From assembly GCF_001194135.2 (NCBI RefSeq), contig NC_068984.1, positions 116,070,343 to 116,109,410 of the forward strand: a DNA stretch of 39,068 nucleotides. Direction: 5' to 3'. Positions 35,291-39,068 of this stretch are shown here, in pieces. This stretch comes from Octopus bimaculoides (Eukaryota). Under the pieces are notes generated by a model. It was not told the origin of the DNA. It saw only the letters and a program-made list of their open reading frames with translations, and ran no database searches. Each line of letters opens with the position of its first letter. Within the stretch, counting starts at the first letter, position 1. The position numbers were made by a program, and so were the translations under genes.

Positions 35291-35982
35291 TCCTAATCAA
35301 AGATGATTGATTGGACGTCTAAAGCTACTGAGCTAAATATTTGCGATGTTTATTCCGGCTCTTTGAGTTCTGACTTCATGTCTCGTTTAACAAAAACGGT
35401 GGGGCACACTTAATCACTCTACTGCCTTCATATAATACGGCATGGCACCTTAAGGCGCCTGTAGCATAGTCCCTTCAGTTAAAGTCATCTTAGGCCTTTG
35501 TACTAGAAATCTCTTGTGGACGATTTCCTTCTTCTCGCCTGCCAGTCTTCAGGGCCATGTTTGCTCTATGACGGGTGATCTACGCCTAACAGCATCGCAA
35601 TATGATGCATTAAAATACCATATTCACCGTATCTCAAAGACCTTTTAGGAAGGTATGGTCTTTGTCCTTGTTATTGTTGTTGCTGTTGTTGTTGTTTAGC
35701 CCTAATTACGGAGACCTTAAACCGAAAACGTTCCAGCTTCAAGTATTTACGTCTTATTTTCTGCATTGCATTGGCCAATATGTTATTTTCTGTTTTTATG
35801 CTTTACACCATTTGAAACAAAATTTTATGAGCTTATGTTCCGTAACCCTGTGGTACGTTAAACATATTTCTGACTTAAAAATGAGTAGTATGATACCCAG
35901 CAACATCTGAAGGCTAAAAAGAGTTATATAGTAATAATTAATTATCATATAATCGTGGCTATATGTATGTATATGTGTATGC

Positions 35983-36052
<70 letters not shown>

Positions 36053-37189
36053 TTTATATATATTTATATATATTCTTTATATATATCAACATCCAGTGTC
36101 TTGTAGCCATTGAGAGCTGTTGATATTTTGTATTTCCAAGATTTGGGACCAGTAATGATTCATTCAAAATCTTTCATGTTTGTAGCAGTTGCAGCTCCTT
36201 TTCATCTAAGAGGACAGGAGAAAATTAAGATGAAGAGCCGTGTCCACTGACTCAGCACGCTGGGTGATTCGGGGAATCTAAGCGACGATCTTAAAATCCC
36301 ATGCCCAACAGCCTTATCACCAGATGACAGCTTTTCTCTCATAAATACACACAGACATCCGTTTAGCTTGTAGCAGATCGCTAACAAACTACAAACAGTA
36401 ATCTCATAACTGCACATTCGCTGAACACTGGTTATTTTCTTTATGTATTTTGAAGAGCGGATTTAAGCAAAATATAAAATGCAATACAATATCATTATTT
36501 GTTTGATACATTGATCACACTTTATATATTTTGATTGCTTTCTCACTCGGATTATTCAAACTACAATGCTTCAAACAAAATTCAATAATCTTTTATATAA
36601 GTGTGAGTCTACGTAGGTCCCGATTTCACAACTAAACACCTGTATGGGACATATCTTTCAATGAAAACGTATAAGTATCGTAAAATGTTCTGATATGTTC
36701 TGTAAATACGGGTAAATTCGAATAGTACTTCTCGTCTTGTTTGACTTAGATTTTCTCTATCAGGAGGTAAGAAGTCAACAGAATGGAAAGTGCCTACGAT
36801 GGAAAAGACATATTCCTTGCTCATAAGAATGAAAATAACAAATTAGCATTTGGGTATATATATATGGATCTTGTATGAATTCAACTTTCACTGCATGTAT
36901 GCAATACTCGAAATATATTTAGGCATATAAATCGGATACCCCGATTTTATGTTTCTGTCTGTCTGTAAATAAAACATATAAATGATTGTGTTCGTGTGTA
37001 TGTTTGCATCCACATTTGAATTTATGTGTTTATACGCTTAATAAGTAATAACGTACAAAACTCACGTCCTTTCATTTACTCTCATGCTTCTAAATATTGA
37101 TAAAAATATGTTTCTGTATGTTGTTTTTGCATGTATGTGTTTTCTCGAGTCACATTTCCACCTTGAATAGGAATGACACTTTTTCTTCT

Positions 37190-37365
37190 CGCTCTCTCTC
37201 TCTCTCATTCTCTCTCTCTGTCACTCATTCTCTCCCTCTCTCACTCATTATCTCTCTCTGTTACTCATTCTCTCTCTTTCTCACTCATTCTCTCTCTCTC
37301 TCACTCATTCTCTCTCTCTCTCACTCATTCTCTCTCTCTCTCACTCATTCTCTCTCTCTCTCACC
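37190..37365. repeat. Minisatellite of (TC)n-ACTCAT units, 16-20 bp each
   Basis: Repeated TCTCTCTCTCTCACTCAT-like units. Confidence 0.92.
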
Positions 37366-37731
37366 ATTCCTCATACTGCTCTTTTTCTTTTCTCATTTTT
37401 TTGTTTGACGGAGCATAATAGAAATAGATTAAATAGGAAAAAACTTACCAAACCAAATATATTATATTTAGAAATAATAACAGAAACAAAAAAAAAAAGA
37501 CAAATCATCCACAACAACAGCAGCGACAACAACAGCAACATCAATGAAGATGTCAGCAACAAGGACAATACTTCCGCCAGAATTTATTCAAACAGGAATC
37601 ACTTGATGTTTGTGAGAAAATATTTCATCATTTAGCGTTGATCGCTGTTGGACGAATAGTGTTCAGACATGTTAACCATTCACAAGAATATGGATGTAAA
37701 TATAGAGGAAAGTAAATAGCTAAAACAAGAA

Positions 37732-37768
<37 letters not shown>

Positions 37769-38139
37769 CCTCAAAACAAACAAACAAGTGAACGATTCCT
37801 GAAGGAAAATGTTACTTTGTAGTCGTAATGAATTAGCTCTGGGAATATTAACAAGTAATGTACAAGAAAACATCAAGTTCCAAGAACCTAAGCTACAAAC
37901 TGACCAAATAAAACAATTGAAGACAGGAATAAGTAAAAAAAAAAAAAGAATAATCGATAAATGTAATATAAGAGAATATGAAATTTATTTGCATAGAATT
38001 TATATTAAGACAGTGAATAATATATTGTGGGAGGTAATTGGTATAATGGCTATTTGTGAGATTTTATTATATGCTGGTGTCAGATTTGTAACAATAAAGA
38101 AGGTTTAGTTAGTATTGTGATAGTGACAATATGACACTA

Positions 38140-39019
38140 ATACTTATTTATATATATGCATATATATGTGTGTATNNNNNNNNNNNNNNNNNNNNNNNNN
38201 NNNNNNNNNNNNNNNNNNNNNNNNNNNNNNNNNNNNNNNNNNNNNNNNNNNNNNNNNNNNNNNNNNNNNNNNNNNNNNNNNNNNNNNNNNNNNNNNNNNN
38301 NNNNNNNNNNNNNNNNNNNNNNNNNNNNNNNNNNNNNNNNNNNNNNNNNNNNNNNNNNNNNNNNNNNNNNNNNNNNNNNNNNNNNNNNNNNNNNNNNNNN
38401 NNNNNNNNNNNNNNNNNNNNNNNNNNNNNNNNNNNNNNNNNNNNNNNNNNNNNNNNNNNNNNNNNNNNNNNNNNNNNNNNNNNNNNNNNNNNNNNNNNNN
38501 NNNNNNNNNNNNNNNNNNNNNNNNNNNNNNNNNNNNNNNNNNNNNNNNNNNNNNNNNNNNNNNNNNNNNNNNNNNNNNNNNNNNNNNNNNNNNNNNNNNN
38601 NNNNNNNNNNNNNNNNNNNNNNNNNNNNNNNNNNNNNNNNNNNNNNNNNNNNNNNNNNNNNNNNNNNNNNNNNNNNNNNNNNNNNNNNNNNNNNNNNNNN
38701 NNNNNNNNNNNNNNNNNNNNNNNNNNNNNNNNNNNATATATATGCATATATATATGCATATATATGTATATATATCCATATGTATATATATGTATGTATG
38801 TATCTATCTATCTGTATATATATATATACATATGTATATATATATATATACACATATATATGTATACATATATATATACATATATATGTATACATATATG
38901 TATATATATATATGTATATATGTATACATACATGTATATATTTATACATATATATATGTATATATATTATATACATATGTATATATATATATATATGTAT
39001 ATATCTGTATATATGTATA

Positions 39020-39068
<49 letters not shown>
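38140..39068. repeat. Degenerate (TA)n/(TATG)n low-complexity tract with an internal N gap
   Basis: Directly visible. Similar tracts occur at 16936-17137, 22495-22618, 25375-25505, 25810-25955, 33810-34090 and 35984-36050. Confidence 0.95.

Overview
Eukaryotic, very AT-rich, microsatellite-saturated DNA with nine assembly gaps (about 3 kb of N). No intact host protein-coding gene is recognisable, so this is probably intergenic or deep intronic sequence. The SINE families and repeat landscape look like those of Octopus (inference from recalled repeat sequences, not verified). The window is a dense collection of decayed transposons. Supported remnants: (1) an internally deleted mariner with TIRs and TA flanks, 1997-2799; (2) the 3' end of a probable RTE-type LINE encoding three C2H2 fingers, 6134-6463; (3) a Chapaev/CMC-type transposase pseudogene with imperfect inverted ends, about 11560-13200; (4) a Helitron Rep (HUH) fragment, about 18075-18580, and a separate canonical Helitron 3' end with internal tandem units, 26222-26660; (5) a Penelope-like thumb/Zn-linker/GIY-YIG fragment, 31528-32281; (6) a 229-bp Tc1/mariner-type MITE, 34092-34320; (7) about 13 copies or fragments of two tRNA-derived SINE families. 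The most unusual structures are a 260-bp near-perfect fold-back (21807-22066) next to a degenerate minimal hammerhead-ribozyme motif (22178-22216), and a Penelope fragment bracketed by two same-orientation (CTT)n(ATT)n arrays. I found no evidence for a functional, previously undescribed system. The best lead is a short, (TA)n-associated, hammerhead-bearing element that might be Penelope-mobilised or retrozyme-like. Most ORFs in the supplied track are artefacts of microsatellites and N runs.
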